Assembly (NCBI GenBank): GCA_019637995.1
Contig: JAHBUQ010000002.1
Coordinates: 323,428 to 387,427 of the forward strand
Source: Ignavibacteriota bacterium
Lineage (GTDB): Bacteria; Bacteroidota; Ignavibacteria; Kapaibacteriales; UBA2268
Length of the DNA stretch: 64,000 nucleotides
Reading direction: 5' to 3'
This document shows positions 36,238 to 46,817 of the stretch, piece by piece. Every line of letters starts with the position of its first letter. Within the stretch, counting starts at the first letter, position 1. The translations under genes were made by a program, and so were the position numbers. A model generated the notes under the pieces. It made no database searches. It was not told the DNA's origin and saw only the letters and a list, made by a program, of their open reading frames with translations.

Positions 36238-39156
36238 ATGAAGAAATTTTACAAAATAGAATCTTCTCGGAAAAGTCGCTTTTTACTTTTAATTGCGACA
36301 GCTATTTTGTTTTTTTCCTTTATTAAGAATGGATATTCTAAAATTGATACTGTTGATATCAAACCACCTGTTATAGTTAGTGGGTCGCACTGCGGTGAGT
36401 TTGCCATACAGGTAACAGATGACCGCAGCTTAATGATTAATCAGGATACTTTCCAGCGCGATGTAGGCATAATTCAACCACCGGTACTGCTTGCCGGACG
36501 GTCGGAAAACATATCCGAGATTCACTCCAGCACATTTGAGCCCGGACAAGTGAATTATGATTTCTCGTTTATGCTTAGTGTATTGAATAAATATGTAGAT
36601 GCAAAAGCAGTTTTTTTTGTAGTAGATTCAACGAACAGGAATTTTGCATTTGATTCGGTTGTTTATCGTGCTGAGCGAATTCAACTGACACCAAATCTCC
36701 TTTCATTCGGAAATGTGTTTATTAATACAGAATCCCGCTTAAATGCTCAAATCGAAAATATGACCTCCCGAGATATAGAAATAGTTTCAATCAGGCTTGC
36801 AAAAGGAATACTCTTCAGCATTGTTGAGATGCCCAAAGATTTGATAATTTCACCTGATTCAATTCATCGAATAATAATTTCATTTAATCCTCTCACAGAT
36901 AAATATTCAGAAGATGTATTTGATGTTGATACTTTACTTATTGAAACCGAATGTCTTACATACCGTCTTCCAATGAATGGAATAGGGGTCAAACCTGCAA
37001 TAATTGTAGAAGACATTGACTTTCGGGCTGTTGAAGTAGGCAAAATAGTCGTATATAATGAGTCATTCAATCCTGTTTACGGTAAGGGGTTAAATATATC
37101 AAATCCGGGTTCAGGCAAGCTCATAATCTCGGGATTTTATCCATTATCAGACTTTAGTCCATTCGGTATTTCGCAGCAAGCGGCTATGCAGCTTAATAAT
37201 TTCGAGATTAACCCACAGATGGAACGATTTATTAACGGAATCACGTTTCAACCGACTACACATGGCGAATTTTTCGATACATTAACATTTAAAAACAATG
37301 CTTCCGGTCCTGACAGTGTTTGTCATATAAGAGGAATTGCATACCTTCCCGGTCCATATTTGTCTGATGTACATATTGGCAGAGTTCGAGTTGGGGACAG
37401 AAAAAAAGGATATTTATATCTCAGAAACAGCGGTGAAAATCCTGTGTCTGTAAGTGGTTTTGAATTAAGCCAATTATCAAACGAATTCAGAATAATTGAC
37501 AGCGAAATTAAACCAAGGCTTAGCTCTCAATCGCCTGCGTTACTTTATCCTGACAGACCTGAATACCTTGGATATTTACAGGAGATACAAATCCCGGTGG
37601 AATTCTCACCAAATACAGAATTTTTAAAGGAAATCAAGGTAATTCCGATATTTGATATCGCTTCCGGAATTGAAAAAGGTCGTATATTTAATTATGTACG
37701 CGGATTCGGATTTAAACCATTAATCGAAGCAAGCGGTTATCAATTCCCCGGTAAAACACTTGTAAGTATCAAGCATCCTTCAACGGGCAACGTCAGTATT
37801 GCATCAAAATCATGGTCAGCAGATTTATTCATCAAATCAATTGATGTTATGCCGGTAGGGTTTACACTACCGGATGAATTTACTTTTGGCAAAGCACTTC
37901 CTCGGGATACTTCTATCAATATATTAAATCCGCTTGAAATACCCGTTTCTTTTCTTCCACGTGAAGCAGGCGAAAGGCAAGTAGCTTTGAGGATTATTTC
38001 CGACTCTTATTATGGTGTTGACGGCTCAAAATGGGATACTACTTTTATTTATGTCACCGGAACAAGCTATAACAAGGTTATCTCAATTGAAAATATATCA
38101 ATTGACAGTGCATTTCACTGCCGTATAACAGAGGGGCTCATCAAAATCAAGAACATCTCAGATACTACTGAAGCCTTCATAATCGAGGTTAAGCCTGTTG
38201 CAGGAGATTTAGGAGCTTTTACTATCGATACAGACAGCATTGATAATAATTTTGTTATACTTGATCCTTTAGACAGTATTTACCTTAGATTCAGGTTTGA
38301 GACATATGATGAAGATAAGGACATTTTCGAACTATTCCTGCGTGTGTTCAGCGATGTTGATACTTCTACAGGAATAATCAGAATCAATACAGTCAAGAGA
38401 AATTTAATTGTCCAATTGCCTGAAATAGAAAATACAGTACCGGGAGCAATTCTTGAATATAATCCTCCAAAATCATTTGGACCGGAATTTGAAATAATCG
38501 GTGACTTTACCGATTTGAATGAAATTGATATTTATAGTTTTGAATTGGAAATTGAATATGATAAAAAAGATTTGTTCTTTGGTGGAAAAGTTTTGCCGGG
38601 AGATATTACAAGTGGATGGATAAGTTTTGATACATACGAAACTGAAGTTGATGGTGATAGAATCAGATTAAATATCACAGCCCGTGGAAGTACAAGTCTG
38701 AAAGGACTTAAAGGTGTTTTATGTAAACCGGTATTTATTGTACTTCTTGGAGATTCAAGCTCAAGCGATATTGAACTTAAAACTGCCATTTTTCCATCTG
38801 CTGAAAGATGCATTAACAAGAAATTATTTTCAGGTAAGGTCAGAATGTCCTATTGCGGTGAAGAAGTTCGCAAAATTGTTTTGTCCAATAGATTTTATGA
38901 TTTGAAAAGTAAGACAGCAAATCCTGTTTTAGGTGGTTTTGCAGAAATCAGCTATACTGTGGCTTTACCGGCTCAGACTTATATTGAAGTGTTTAACTCA
39001 TTTGGCGAATCAATAAATTTGATTTCAGACGGATTCAAAGAAAGTGGCACTTATACTCAAATAATTGACTTTAAAGAACTAAATACAGGCCTCTATTTTG
39101 TAAAAATGGTATCGGGTCCATTTGCCAAATCAATTAAAATAATGGTAGTCAAATAG
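36238..39156 (+). CDS. T9SS cargo surface protein: tandem Ig-like (ASH/choice-of-anchor D-like) domains, cohesin-like domain, C-terminal sorting domain
   Basis: Repeated 'F/I G.V.V...L.I.N.G...L.I' modules; FELEIEYD cohesin-like segment; C-terminus IEVFNSFGE...GLYFVKM...KIMVVK. Confidence 0.75.
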   Translation: MKKFYKIESSRKSRFLLLIATAILFFSFIKNGYSKIDTVDIKPPVIVSGSHCGEFAIQVTDDRSLMINQDTFQRDVGIIQPPVLLAGRSENISEIHSSTFEPGQVNYDFSFMLSVLNKYVDAKAVFFVVDSTNRNFAFDSVVYRAERIQLTPNLLSFGNVFINTESRLNAQIENMTSRDIEIVSIRLAKGILFSIVEMPKDLIISPDSIHRIIISFNPLTDKYSEDVFDVDTLLIETECLTYRLPMNGIGVKPAIIVEDIDFRAVEVGKIVVYNESFNPVYGKGLNISNPGSGKLIISGFYPLSDFSPFGISQQAAMQLNNFEINPQMERFINGITFQPTTHGEFFDTLTFKNNASGPDSVCHIRGIAYLPGPYLSDVHIGRVRVGDRKKGYLYLRNSGENPVSVSGFELSQLSNEFRIIDSEIKPRLSSQSPALLYPDRPEYLGYLQEIQIPVEFSPNTEFLKEIKVIPIFDIASGIEKGRIFNYVRGFGFKPLIEASGYQFPGKTLVSIKHPSTGNVSIASKSWSADLFIKSIDVMPVGFTLPDEFTFGKALPRDTSINILNPLEIPVSFLPREAGERQVALRIISDSYYGVDGSKWDTTFIYVTGTSYNKVISIENISIDSAFHCRITEGLIKIKNISDTTEAFIIEVKPVAGDLGAFTIDTDSIDNNFVILDPLDSIYLRFRFETYDEDKDIFELFLRVFSDVDTSTGIIRINTVKRNLIVQLPEIENTVPGAILEYNPPKSFGPEFEIIGDFTDLNEIDIYSFELEIEYDKKDLFFGGKVLPGDITSGWISFDTYETEVDGDRIRLNITARGSTSLKGLKGVLCKPVFIVLLGDSSSSDIELKTAIFPSAERCINKKLFSGKVRMSYCGEEVRKIVLSNRFYDLKSKTANPVLGGFAEISYTVALPAQTYIEVFNSFGESINLISDGFKESGTYTQIIDFKELNTGLYFVKMVSGPFAKSIKIMVVK

Positions 39157-39193
39157 CTGCTTTTCCTAATTATCAGCTCATTGTTGCTTGTAT

Positions 39194-39937
39194 TTAGATT
39201 TGTTTTGATTTACCTGATTCATTTTTTTTGAAATAATATTTCAGGCTTACATAAATCATCCATACGTTGAATGCCAGAAGCAATGTTGCCCAAAACCAAT
39301 ATGGCAAAAATAAATTATCGGCTATAACCTGCGTATCACTCATATTGGGCGAACCATCTACTGAAGCTCCAGTTGAATATAAATATCCTATACTTTGATA
39401 CACGCTTATAAACGCTTGAACAGCAAGGAATTGAAGTGTCATAATTTTGGCATTAATTGAAGCCTTTACAGATACTAAAGTAGCTGAAACCGCAAAAAAC
39501 AATACGATAAGAAATCCCCAACTTATAAGTGGTCTTACCCATATAAGTGAAGATAAAATCAGCAAAAAACTGAAAATATAAAGAGCCCATTCTGTTGATT
39601 TTTTATTAATTGATGCAATTATAAACAGTGAACCTGCTATAGTTGGACCAACAGGACCTGCAGCTGCAACAATGGATTTCCCTATGCCACCCAGAAAAAG
39701 TGATGTATATGCAAATTGAGCGTAACCGGAGCCATCCGGGAATATAACCAATTTCTGAAAACTACCGCCCATTAAAATCGCAGCAATACCATGAGCCATT
39801 TCGTGGAACCAAGTTCCAAGTAAAGTAAACGGATATAAAACTAAACTTAAACCGGGAATATTCCATAATATTATTGTAACTAAGCCAAACCCGAAAAGAC
39901 TGTATGTTTGTATCTTCTTGACTTGCAAATCTGACAT
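39194..39937 (-). CDS. M50B-like membrane metalloprotease
   Basis: TWFHEMAHG (HExxH), AAGPVG, SD motif, multiple TMs. Confidence 0.85.
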   Translation of the reverse strand: MSDLQVKKIQTYSLFGFGLVTIILWNIPGLSLVLYPFTLLGTWFHEMAHGIAAILMGGSFQKLVIFPDGSGYAQFAYTSLFLGGIGKSIVAAAGPVGPTIAGSLFIIASINKKSTEWALYIFSFLLILSSLIWVRPLISWGFLIVLFFAVSATLVSVKASINAKIMTLQFLAVQAFISVYQSIGYLYSTGASVDGSPNMSDTQVIADNLFLPYWFWATLLLAFNVWMIYVSLKYYFKKNESGKSKQI

Positions 39938-40204
39938 ATACGGCTCATTCTAATTTAAAAATTATATAAAGTATATGAGCTTAAAATATTGTTTATATGT
40001 TTATTGCAAATATGTTCCTTAGAATATACTTCGCACTGTTAAAATGAATAATTTTGCTCTAATCAATAACACGAAATAGAAAGCAATTAATCAATATTTT
40101 AAGAATCTATACTCTCAAATTACTCTACTTTGTTGCAATTTACTGCAATCAATATCCGATACTATTACTTTCTGACTGATATATTTACACTTAAAGCAGC
40201 ATTT

Positions 40205-40238
40205 GAGAAAGAAAAGGGGTACAGCAAGCTATACCCCC
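40205..40238 (-). terminator. Intrinsic terminator after the FKBP gene
   Basis: Minus strand GGGGTA-TAGCTTGCTG-TACCCC followed by TTTTCTTTCT. Confidence 0.7.
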
Positions 40239-40272
40239 AACAGAAAATTTTTAGCTGAAAATACTAATAGAT

Positions 40273-41001
40273 TTACTTTTCAATTCTGATTAATTCAACT
40301 TCAAAAATCAAAGTTGCGCTTGGTGGTATAACCGGAGGACGTCCATTTTCTCCATAACCAAGTTCGGAAGGGATGTAAAGTATTGCCTTACCACCTTCGC
40401 CGAGAAGCTGAAGACCTTCAGTCCAGCCGGGAATAACCCCATTCAGCGGGAATTTAGCTGGCTCGCCACGTTCAATACTGCTGTCAAAAACAGTACCATC
40501 AATAAGGGAGCCTTTATAGTGTACAACAACATTATCAGTAGCTTTAGGTTTTGCTCCTTTGCCGGGATTGATGATTTTGTACTGAAGACCTGATGCAGTT
40601 ACTTTAACATCACTTTTTGATTTGTTTTCTTCAAGGAATTTTTGTCCTTCAGCTAAATTCTTGGGTCCCTGAGCTTTCAAAGCTTCCTGCTCGGCTTGCT
40701 GGGATTCCATTTGTTTTTTCTGCAATTCGCCAACAAAAGCCTGAATGATTTCATTACTCTTTACTTCATCAATTTTGATTTCGCCTTTAAATGCATCTTT
40801 GAAGCCCATAGTTATTGCTTCGATATTTGCAGCAATAGAATCATTATTTAACTGCTTACCCCAATTAACACCTAAAATGTATGAAACTGAGTCCATATTG
40901 GTTTTCAGTTCCATATCTTTGCTGGCATTACCTTTAGTATCGGTATTACAAGCACTTAACAATACTAAGATTGTTAAAAAAAGCACAATAAATTTATTCA
41001 T
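40273..41001 (-). CDS. FKBP-type peptidyl-prolyl isomerase (FkpA/Mip-like lipoprotein)
   Basis: LSAC lipobox; [46 protein letters not shown]. Confidence 0.95.
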   Translation of the reverse strand: MNKFIVLFLTILVLLSACNTDTKGNASKDMELKTNMDSVSYILGVNWGKQLNNDSIAANIEAITMGFKDAFKGEIKIDEVKSNEIIQAFVGELQKKQMESQQAEQEALKAQGPKNLAEGQKFLEENKSKSDVKVTASGLQYKIINPGKGAKPKATDNVVVHYKGSLIDGTVFDSSIERGEPAKFPLNGVIPGWTEGLQLLGEGGKAILYIPSELGYGENGRPPVIPPSATLIFEVELIRIEK

Positions 41002-41153
41002 TATAAAATCCGTTTAAGTTAAAACAATAGTTAATTCGACTATAAAAAATATAAAATCGTTTAAGAAGAAAAATAATTTTACATTTTGCAATTTGACTAA
41101 TATTAAAAGTAACTTAAAAAATTGGAAATACAAAGTTTAAAGGAAATAAAATT

Positions 41154-41618
41154 ATGCCAAAAGTAATTGAGGGCATATTTGATGCTCAGGATAAATCATT
41201 TGCAATTGTAGTATCAAGGTGGAATCAGTTCGTTGTAAGTAAATTGCTTGATGGTGCTTTAGATGCACTAAAGCGAAACCGGGCAGATGAGAGCAGAATT
41301 ACTATAGCTTACTGCCCTGGTGCTTTTGAAATTCCACTGGTTGTGAAAAAATTTGCAGATTCCAAAAATTATGATGCAGTAATTGCTCTTGGAGCGGTTA
41401 TCAGAGGTTCAACACCTCATTTCGATTATATCGCTGCTGAAGTTTCAAAGGGAATATCAAAAATCAATCTTGATAGCGGTGTGCCTTGTATTATGGGTGT
41501 TTTGACTACCGATACCATCGAACAAGCTATCGAGCGATCAGGCAGTAAAGCCGGCAATAAAGGCTTTGAAGCTGCAGTGTCAGCAATTGAAATGGCTTCT
41601 TTATTAAAAGCAATGTAA
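41154..41618 (+). CDS. ribH: 6,7-dimethyl-8-ribityllumazine synthase
   Basis: [37 protein letters not shown]. Confidence 0.97.
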   Translation: MPKVIEGIFDAQDKSFAIVVSRWNQFVVSKLLDGALDALKRNRADESRITIAYCPGAFEIPLVVKKFADSKNYDAVIALGAVIRGSTPHFDYIAAEVSKGISKINLDSGVPCIMGVLTTDTIEQAIERSGSKAGNKGFEAAVSAIEMASLLKAM

Positions 41619-41678
41619 ACAGGAGATTCCAAGTAGATTTTTTTACTGCTTTGTTAAATTATTTTCCGGAAAAAACCA

Positions 41679-43952
41679 ATGCAAAAACTCCTGATAAGCT
41701 TTTTGACAGTTGGGCTAATATTTATTTTTAATATCAGTCTTCATTCCCAATTGCGGCTTGACAACTGGAAAGCCCATACATCACTTGTAAATACACGTTC
41801 GGTTGATATTGACAACAGTGGAAGAATTTGGGTGGCTTCCACAGGAGGCTTATACACAATTGATACTGATGCAAATAATTTCAAGGTCTTTCGTAATATT
41901 GACGAGATGCTTGATATTAATATTAGCGTCGTAAAGATACATCCTCATTCAGGAAATGTTTACGCAGGCAGTGAAAACGGCTATTTAGATATTTATGATG
42001 AAAATATTGGCTGGACACATATTACGGATATTTTTAGTCAGAGATTTTCAAATCCCGGAATTAATGACATAGCTTTCCACGGAAATAAAGCTTATATCGC
42101 AGGTGGATTTGGTCTTGCGGTATTTAATATTGATAGAATGGTATTTGAAGAAACTATCAGAAGATTTTCAAATTTTAATACTAATAATCCTGTCAACAGA
42201 ATATTAATTGATAACGGAAATATTTGGATAGCTACAACAAATGGAATTGCTTCTGCCAATCTCAATTCACAGCTTGCAAACCCGGCAAATTGGAATGGAT
42301 ACCGGTCAAACCCGGGCTTATTTGAAACATCAATCATTGATATTGCAATTTATGACGGCATAACTTATGCAATGAGCGAGAAATTTATAACAAGACTTGT
42401 TAATGATACTCTGAGAGAATACCGCTCTACACAAGACAGATATACCTCGATTTATTCAGATGAAAGCGGATTTGCATATTCAACAATTTTCGGAATGCTG
42501 GATTTTGAAGACAGATTAATCGAAATTCCAAATCCTGAATCTTTTGTCAATGGTTTTTTACCTTATAATAAAGCTGGAAAATCAGGTTATATTGTAATAT
42601 ATAATAATAACGGCATCGGAATATTTCTAAATGGAAATTTTATTCATTATTTACCGGATTCTCCATTGCTGAATGTATCAACAGACCTGGAAGTTGATAA
42701 AAACGGGAACCTGTGGATTGCAACAGATATTGACCCTAATGGACGCGGTTTTGCCAAATTTGACGGAAAGACCTGGGAAAATTTTACTGTAAATAAGTAT
42801 CCTGAAATCAAAGGGAATAATTATCATAAAATAACAGCGGCACCGGATGGCAGAATAATCGTGTCGAACTATGGTACAGGTCTTCTTGTGCTTGAACCTC
42901 AAGGTAACGAATATAACTTCAGAACTTTTGATACGAGCAATTCTAAGCTTTATGGCTTGGCAAATGCAGCCGGATATCTTGTGTGCGGGAAAGCAAGAGT
43001 AGATAATAGCGGCAATATATGGGTTCCAATTTTAGGCAATCAGTCTCAGGGTCCTGCAATAGTAGCGTTTGACAAAGAGTATAATTCTTACGGCTATACT
43101 AATCCGCGTAATTCTAATCAACGATTTTTCTCGTCTCTTGCAATTGATTTCTTCGGAACAAAATGGGTCGGTGGAAGTAGAATTGAGGGCGTTGGTATGA
43201 TGTATGTCAACGAAAACGGAAGTTTAAGCAATCCCGCTAATCAGCAGCATCGTGGCTTTTTGACTCAAAATGATTATCCTAATATCCCTGATAATACTCA
43301 TTCTCATATAGAAACTGATAAGGCAGGATTTGTCTGGATTGGCACCCCTCGTGGACTTGCTGTAATATCAAATCCCTCAACTGTTGTTTCATCTCAGGTT
43401 AATATCAATGTGCGAAATCTCAATCGTTTGATTGGTGAGCAGAATATTAATTATATAATGGTTGATGCTCAGAATAATAAATGGCTTGCAACTAATAACG
43501 GTGTGTGGGTAATAAATGCTGACGGCTCTGATACTTTAGGTAATATCAACCGTAGTAATTCACCTCTTCCTACTGACGAAATTCTTTCAATTGGCTACAA
43601 TGAAATTACAGGTCAGGTTTATCTCGGAAGCAAATCCGGAATTTACGAAGCACAGAGTTTATTTCTGCAACCTGCGACATCTTTTGATATAAAATGTTAT
43701 CCTCAACCATTCAACCTCTCAAGCGATAATGAAATGGTAATTGATGGGCTTGAGGAATTTTCAGATATCAGAATTGTTACACCTGCGGGAGCACTTGTAA
43801 AAAAGTTTCTGGTGAACAGCAGAAAAACTATCTGGGATGGCAGAGATGAAAATGGCAACAGAGTTCCTAATGGAGTTTACCTTGTATTAGCCACTTCATC
43901 GAGTACAAAACATTCTGCTGTGCAAAAAATCGCTGTAGTAAGCTCTGACTAA
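41679..43952 (+). CDS. porZ: PorZ-like T9SS accessory protein (beta-propellers plus CTD)
   Basis: Signal peptide, WKAHTS N-terminus, two-component-regulator propeller repeats (D..GNLWIAT, D.QNNKWLAT), CTD YPQPF...WDGRDENGNRVPNGVYLV. Confidence 0.8.
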   Translation: MQKLLISFLTVGLIFIFNISLHSQLRLDNWKAHTSLVNTRSVDIDNSGRIWVASTGGLYTIDTDANNFKVFRNIDEMLDINISVVKIHPHSGNVYAGSENGYLDIYDENIGWTHITDIFSQRFSNPGINDIAFHGNKAYIAGGFGLAVFNIDRMVFEETIRRFSNFNTNNPVNRILIDNGNIWIATTNGIASANLNSQLANPANWNGYRSNPGLFETSIIDIAIYDGITYAMSEKFITRLVNDTLREYRSTQDRYTSIYSDESGFAYSTIFGMLDFEDRLIEIPNPESFVNGFLPYNKAGKSGYIVIYNNNGIGIFLNGNFIHYLPDSPLLNVSTDLEVDKNGNLWIATDIDPNGRGFAKFDGKTWENFTVNKYPEIKGNNYHKITAAPDGRIIVSNYGTGLLVLEPQGNEYNFRTFDTSNSKLYGLANAAGYLVCGKARVDNSGNIWVPILGNQSQGPAIVAFDKEYNSYGYTNPRNSNQRFFSSLAIDFFGTKWVGGSRIEGVGMMYVNENGSLSNPANQQHRGFLTQNDYPNIPDNTHSHIETDKAGFVWIGTPRGLAVISNPSTVVSSQVNINVRNLNRLIGEQNINYIMVDAQNNKWLATNNGVWVINADGSDTLGNINRSNSPLPTDEILSIGYNEITGQVYLGSKSGIYEAQSLFLQPATSFDIKCYPQPFNLSSDNEMVIDGLEEFSDIRIVTPAGALVKKFLVNSRKTIWDGRDENGNRVPNGVYLVLATSSSTKHSAVQKIAVVSSD

Positions 43953-43977
43953 ATTTTGGATTAAGGAATTATTTATA

Positions 43978-44307
43978 TTGAATGAGAAAGAAGAATTACT
44001 TGAAATAATTAAAAAAGATATTATTTCAACACAACTTGAAATTTTACTATTGGAAGGTAGAACTGAAGCCATTGCTCCGGATGATTCGATTGGTAGAATT
44101 ACCAGAATGGATGCAATTAATAATAAAAGTGTTGCTGATTTTTCGCTTACAATGTCCCGAGAAATGCTGAAAGGACTCGAATTCAGACAAAGTAAATACG
44201 GTACAGATAAGTTCACAAAATGCGTAAGGTGCAATGCGGAAATACCTATCAAAAGGCTGATGTTTATGCCCCATAGTCTTACTTGTGTTGCTTGCAGCCC
44301 AAGTTGA
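43978..44307 (+). CDS. TraR/DksA C4 zinc-finger protein
   Basis: APDDSIGRITRMDAINNKSV coiled-coil tip; C..C-x17-C..C. Confidence 0.88.
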   Translation: MNEKEELLEIIKKDIISTQLEILLLEGRTEAIAPDDSIGRITRMDAINNKSVADFSLTMSREMLKGLEFRQSKYGTDKFTKCVRCNAEIPIKRLMFMPHSLTCVACSPS

Positions 44308-44398
44308 TTAAATTGCTAATTTTAAAAATAATAATGCTCATCAAATTTCGTTAAGAAAAAAATAGTCAAAATTTTAGTCATATATTGGAAATTATCAA

Positions 44399-45571
44399 AT
44401 GAAATCAGTGATCTTATCAGCAGCAAGAACTCCAATCGGAGCCTTTATGGGCAGTCTTGGCTCACTTTCGGCGCCACAACTTGGTGCAGTAGCTATAAAA
44501 GAAGCTGTAAAGCGGGCAGGTATTGCACCCGAAGATGTCCAGGAAGTAATTATGGGCAATGTTCTCACGGGTGGTGTCGGGCAGGCGCCTGCACGTCAGG
44601 CAGCAATCTATGCCGGACTTCCAAAAAATGTAGAATGTATGACAATCAACAAAGTCTGTGGAAGCGGACTTAAAGCTGTAATGCTTGCTGACCAGGCAAT
44701 CAGATGCGGCGACTTACAGGTAGCTGTAGTAGGTGGTCAGGAATCTATGACTAATGCTCCATATATTCTCCCAAGAGCACGCGAAGGCTACAGAATGGGA
44801 AATGGCGAGATTGTTGATTCAATGATAAGTGACGGCTTGTGGGATGTTTATAATCAGCTGCACATGGGTATGGCAGGTGAGTTATGCTCAACTGAATGTG
44901 AATTTTCACGCGAAGCACAGGATGAATTTGCTGTCGAAAGCTACAAAAGAGCTATTGCAGCTCAGCAGGAAGGCAAGTTTACTAATGAAATCATACCTGT
45001 TGTTATTGAAGACCGCAAAGGCTCAGTCACGGTTGATACTGACGAAGAACCCGGAAAAGTTAGATTTGATAAAGTGCCTTCATTAAAGCCTGTATTTAAA
45101 AAAGATGGCGCAATTACAGCAGCAAATGCTTCTTCAATTGATGACGGAGCTGCAGCACTTGTGATTTCTTCTGAGGAATTTGCCAATGCTAAAGGAATCA
45201 AACCGCTTGCTACAATAATCAGCCATAATTCACACGCTCAAGACCCGCAGTGGTTTACAACAGCTCCAACTGCTGCCATCACTAAATTATTAAATAAAAC
45301 AGGACTGAGTATCGCTGATATTGATTTATTTGAAATTAATGAAGCATTTTCCTGCGTGCCGATGCATACAATACGCGAACTTGCTATTCCAAGAGAAAAA
45401 GTAAATGTTCATGGCGGTGCTGTTTCGTTAGGTCATCCCATCGGAGCATCGGGTGCGAGAATATTGACAACTTTGATTTACGCTTTAAAGCATTATAATC
45501 TCAAACGCGGAATTGCTTCGTTATGTATTGGTGGCGGCGAAGCAAATGCATTACTTATTGAATTATTATAA
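44399..45571 (+). CDS. Acetyl-CoA C-acetyltransferase (thiolase)
   Basis: INKVCGSG, EINEAF, GHPIGASG, SLCIGGGE. Confidence 0.96.
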   Translation: MKSVILSAARTPIGAFMGSLGSLSAPQLGAVAIKEAVKRAGIAPEDVQEVIMGNVLTGGVGQAPARQAAIYAGLPKNVECMTINKVCGSGLKAVMLADQAIRCGDLQVAVVGGQESMTNAPYILPRAREGYRMGNGEIVDSMISDGLWDVYNQLHMGMAGELCSTECEFSREAQDEFAVESYKRAIAAQQEGKFTNEIIPVVIEDRKGSVTVDTDEEPGKVRFDKVPSLKPVFKKDGAITAANASSIDDGAAALVISSEEFANAKGIKPLATIISHNSHAQDPQWFTTAPTAAITKLLNKTGLSIADIDLFEINEAFSCVPMHTIRELAIPREKVNVHGGAVSLGHPIGASGARILTTLIYALKHYNLKRGIASLCIGGGEANALLIELL

Positions 45572-45598
45572 TTCTGAAAACTAAATATAGCAGATTAT

Positions 45599-45651
45599 CT
45601 GAGCGAAGTTGTGAATAATGGTTGAATAATCAATATTTCTACTTCGCTCAG
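45599..45651. repeat. 11-bp inverted repeat, REP-like palindrome
   Basis: CTGAGCGAAGT (45599-45609) and ACTTCGCTCAG (45641-45651) with a 31-nt spacer, intergenic. Confidence 0.6.
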
Positions 45652-45723
45652 TTCGACAAAAGATTATTTATTTGTTCATATTAGAATTATCCCACGAAAA
45701 ATTAAGATTTAACTTAAATTTGT

Positions 45724-46812
45724 ATGATGAAAAGAATACTTGTAATAGAAGATGAAGATGACATTAGGTCGAATGTTCGTGACCTTATGGAATTGAACGG
45801 ATACGAAGTTTTATGCGCTGAAAATGGCAAAATTGGAATCGAATTGATTTTAAGTTCCAAGCCGGATCTAATCGTATGCGATATTAATATGCCTGAAATG
45901 AATGGGCTTGAACTTATTAAAGAGCTAAGACAATATCCGGAATTTTATACAACTCCTTTCCTTTTTCTAACTGCTAATGCGAGCGATGATGCAGTCCGAA
46001 CGGGTATGAATCTTGGTGCTGATGACTATATCACCAAGCCATACAAAGGTTCCGAATTAATCAGAGCAGTTGAAACAAGGTTGAAAAAGAATGAATTAAT
46101 GAAAGATTCGCTTTCAAATAAAGTAGATGACCTGATTAAAAATATTTCTATGTCTATGCCGGGTGAGCTAACAGGAACTTTGAATGCAATTATGGGATTT
46201 TCTAAAATTCTAAAAGGGAATGTTGCTGAGATAAAAAATGAAGAAATGGATGGAATTATCGAGCATATTCATGATTCAGGCGCCAGACTGATGAGATTAG
46301 TGGATAATTATAAATATTTCAATGATTTGAATAGCAATATCATCACTTCAACAGATGTTAAAAAAATCGAAGATTATTCAATTGAATCTGTCATACGCTC
46401 TGCATGCGGTACCGCAAAATCTAATTATTCAAAAGTAAAAAACATAACTTATGAATTATGCCCTGATAAAAATATCAAGATTGCTGAGCAATATGCCTAT
46501 AAAATTTTGTACGAAATTGCCGATAATGCTGCAAAATTTTCAGACCCCGATAAGTCACTTGATGTTGTTAGTATTGCGAGTGGTGGATTTTATATTATCA
46601 AAATTATTAATTTCGGCAGAGGTATGGACAAATCAGAAATTCAAAATATTGGTTCTTTTATGCAGTTTGGCAGAGAAATATTTGAGCAACAAGGAATTGG
46701 GCTTGGGCTTGCAATAGTGCAAAATTTATTAAGATTAGCCGGAGGCAAGCTCCAAATTGACAGTAATCCCAATGAATACACTTCTGTAAGAATTTATCTT
46801 CCTGTCGTCTAA
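45724..46812 (+). CDS. Receiver domain fused to a degenerate histidine-kinase (HisKA-HATPase) module
   Basis: REC: ILVIEDE, CDINMP, FLTA, YITKP. H-box reads MPGELTGTLNAIMGFS (no His); N-box EIADNAAKF; G1 NFGRG; G2 GIGLGL. Confidence 0.85.
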   Translation: MMKRILVIEDEDDIRSNVRDLMELNGYEVLCAENGKIGIELILSSKPDLIVCDINMPEMNGLELIKELRQYPEFYTTPFLFLTANASDDAVRTGMNLGADDYITKPYKGSELIRAVETRLKKNELMKDSLSNKVDDLIKNISMSMPGELTGTLNAIMGFSKILKGNVAEIKNEEMDGIIEHIHDSGARLMRLVDNYKYFNDLNSNIITSTDVKKIEDYSIESVIRSACGTAKSNYSKVKNITYELCPDKNIKIAEQYAYKILYEIADNAAKFSDPDKSLDVVSIASGGFYIIKIINFGRGMDKSEIQNIGSFMQFGREIFEQQGIGLGLAIVQNLLRLAGGKLQIDSNPNEYTSVRIYLPVV

Positions 46813-46817
46813 ATTTA

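Noticed and set aside
36216-36250. dif-like site (minus strand TTATGTTAACA resembles the XerD arm)
   Set aside because: The XerC arm does not match and the site overlaps a start codon.
41002-41153. FMN riboswitch upstream of ribH
   Set aside because: The leader is AT-rich and lacks the conserved RFN aptamer motifs.
43896-44274. ORFs overlapping the DksA/TraR gene (43896-44252, 44047-44274)
   Set aside because: Antisense to a well-supported zinc-finger gene; no features of their own.
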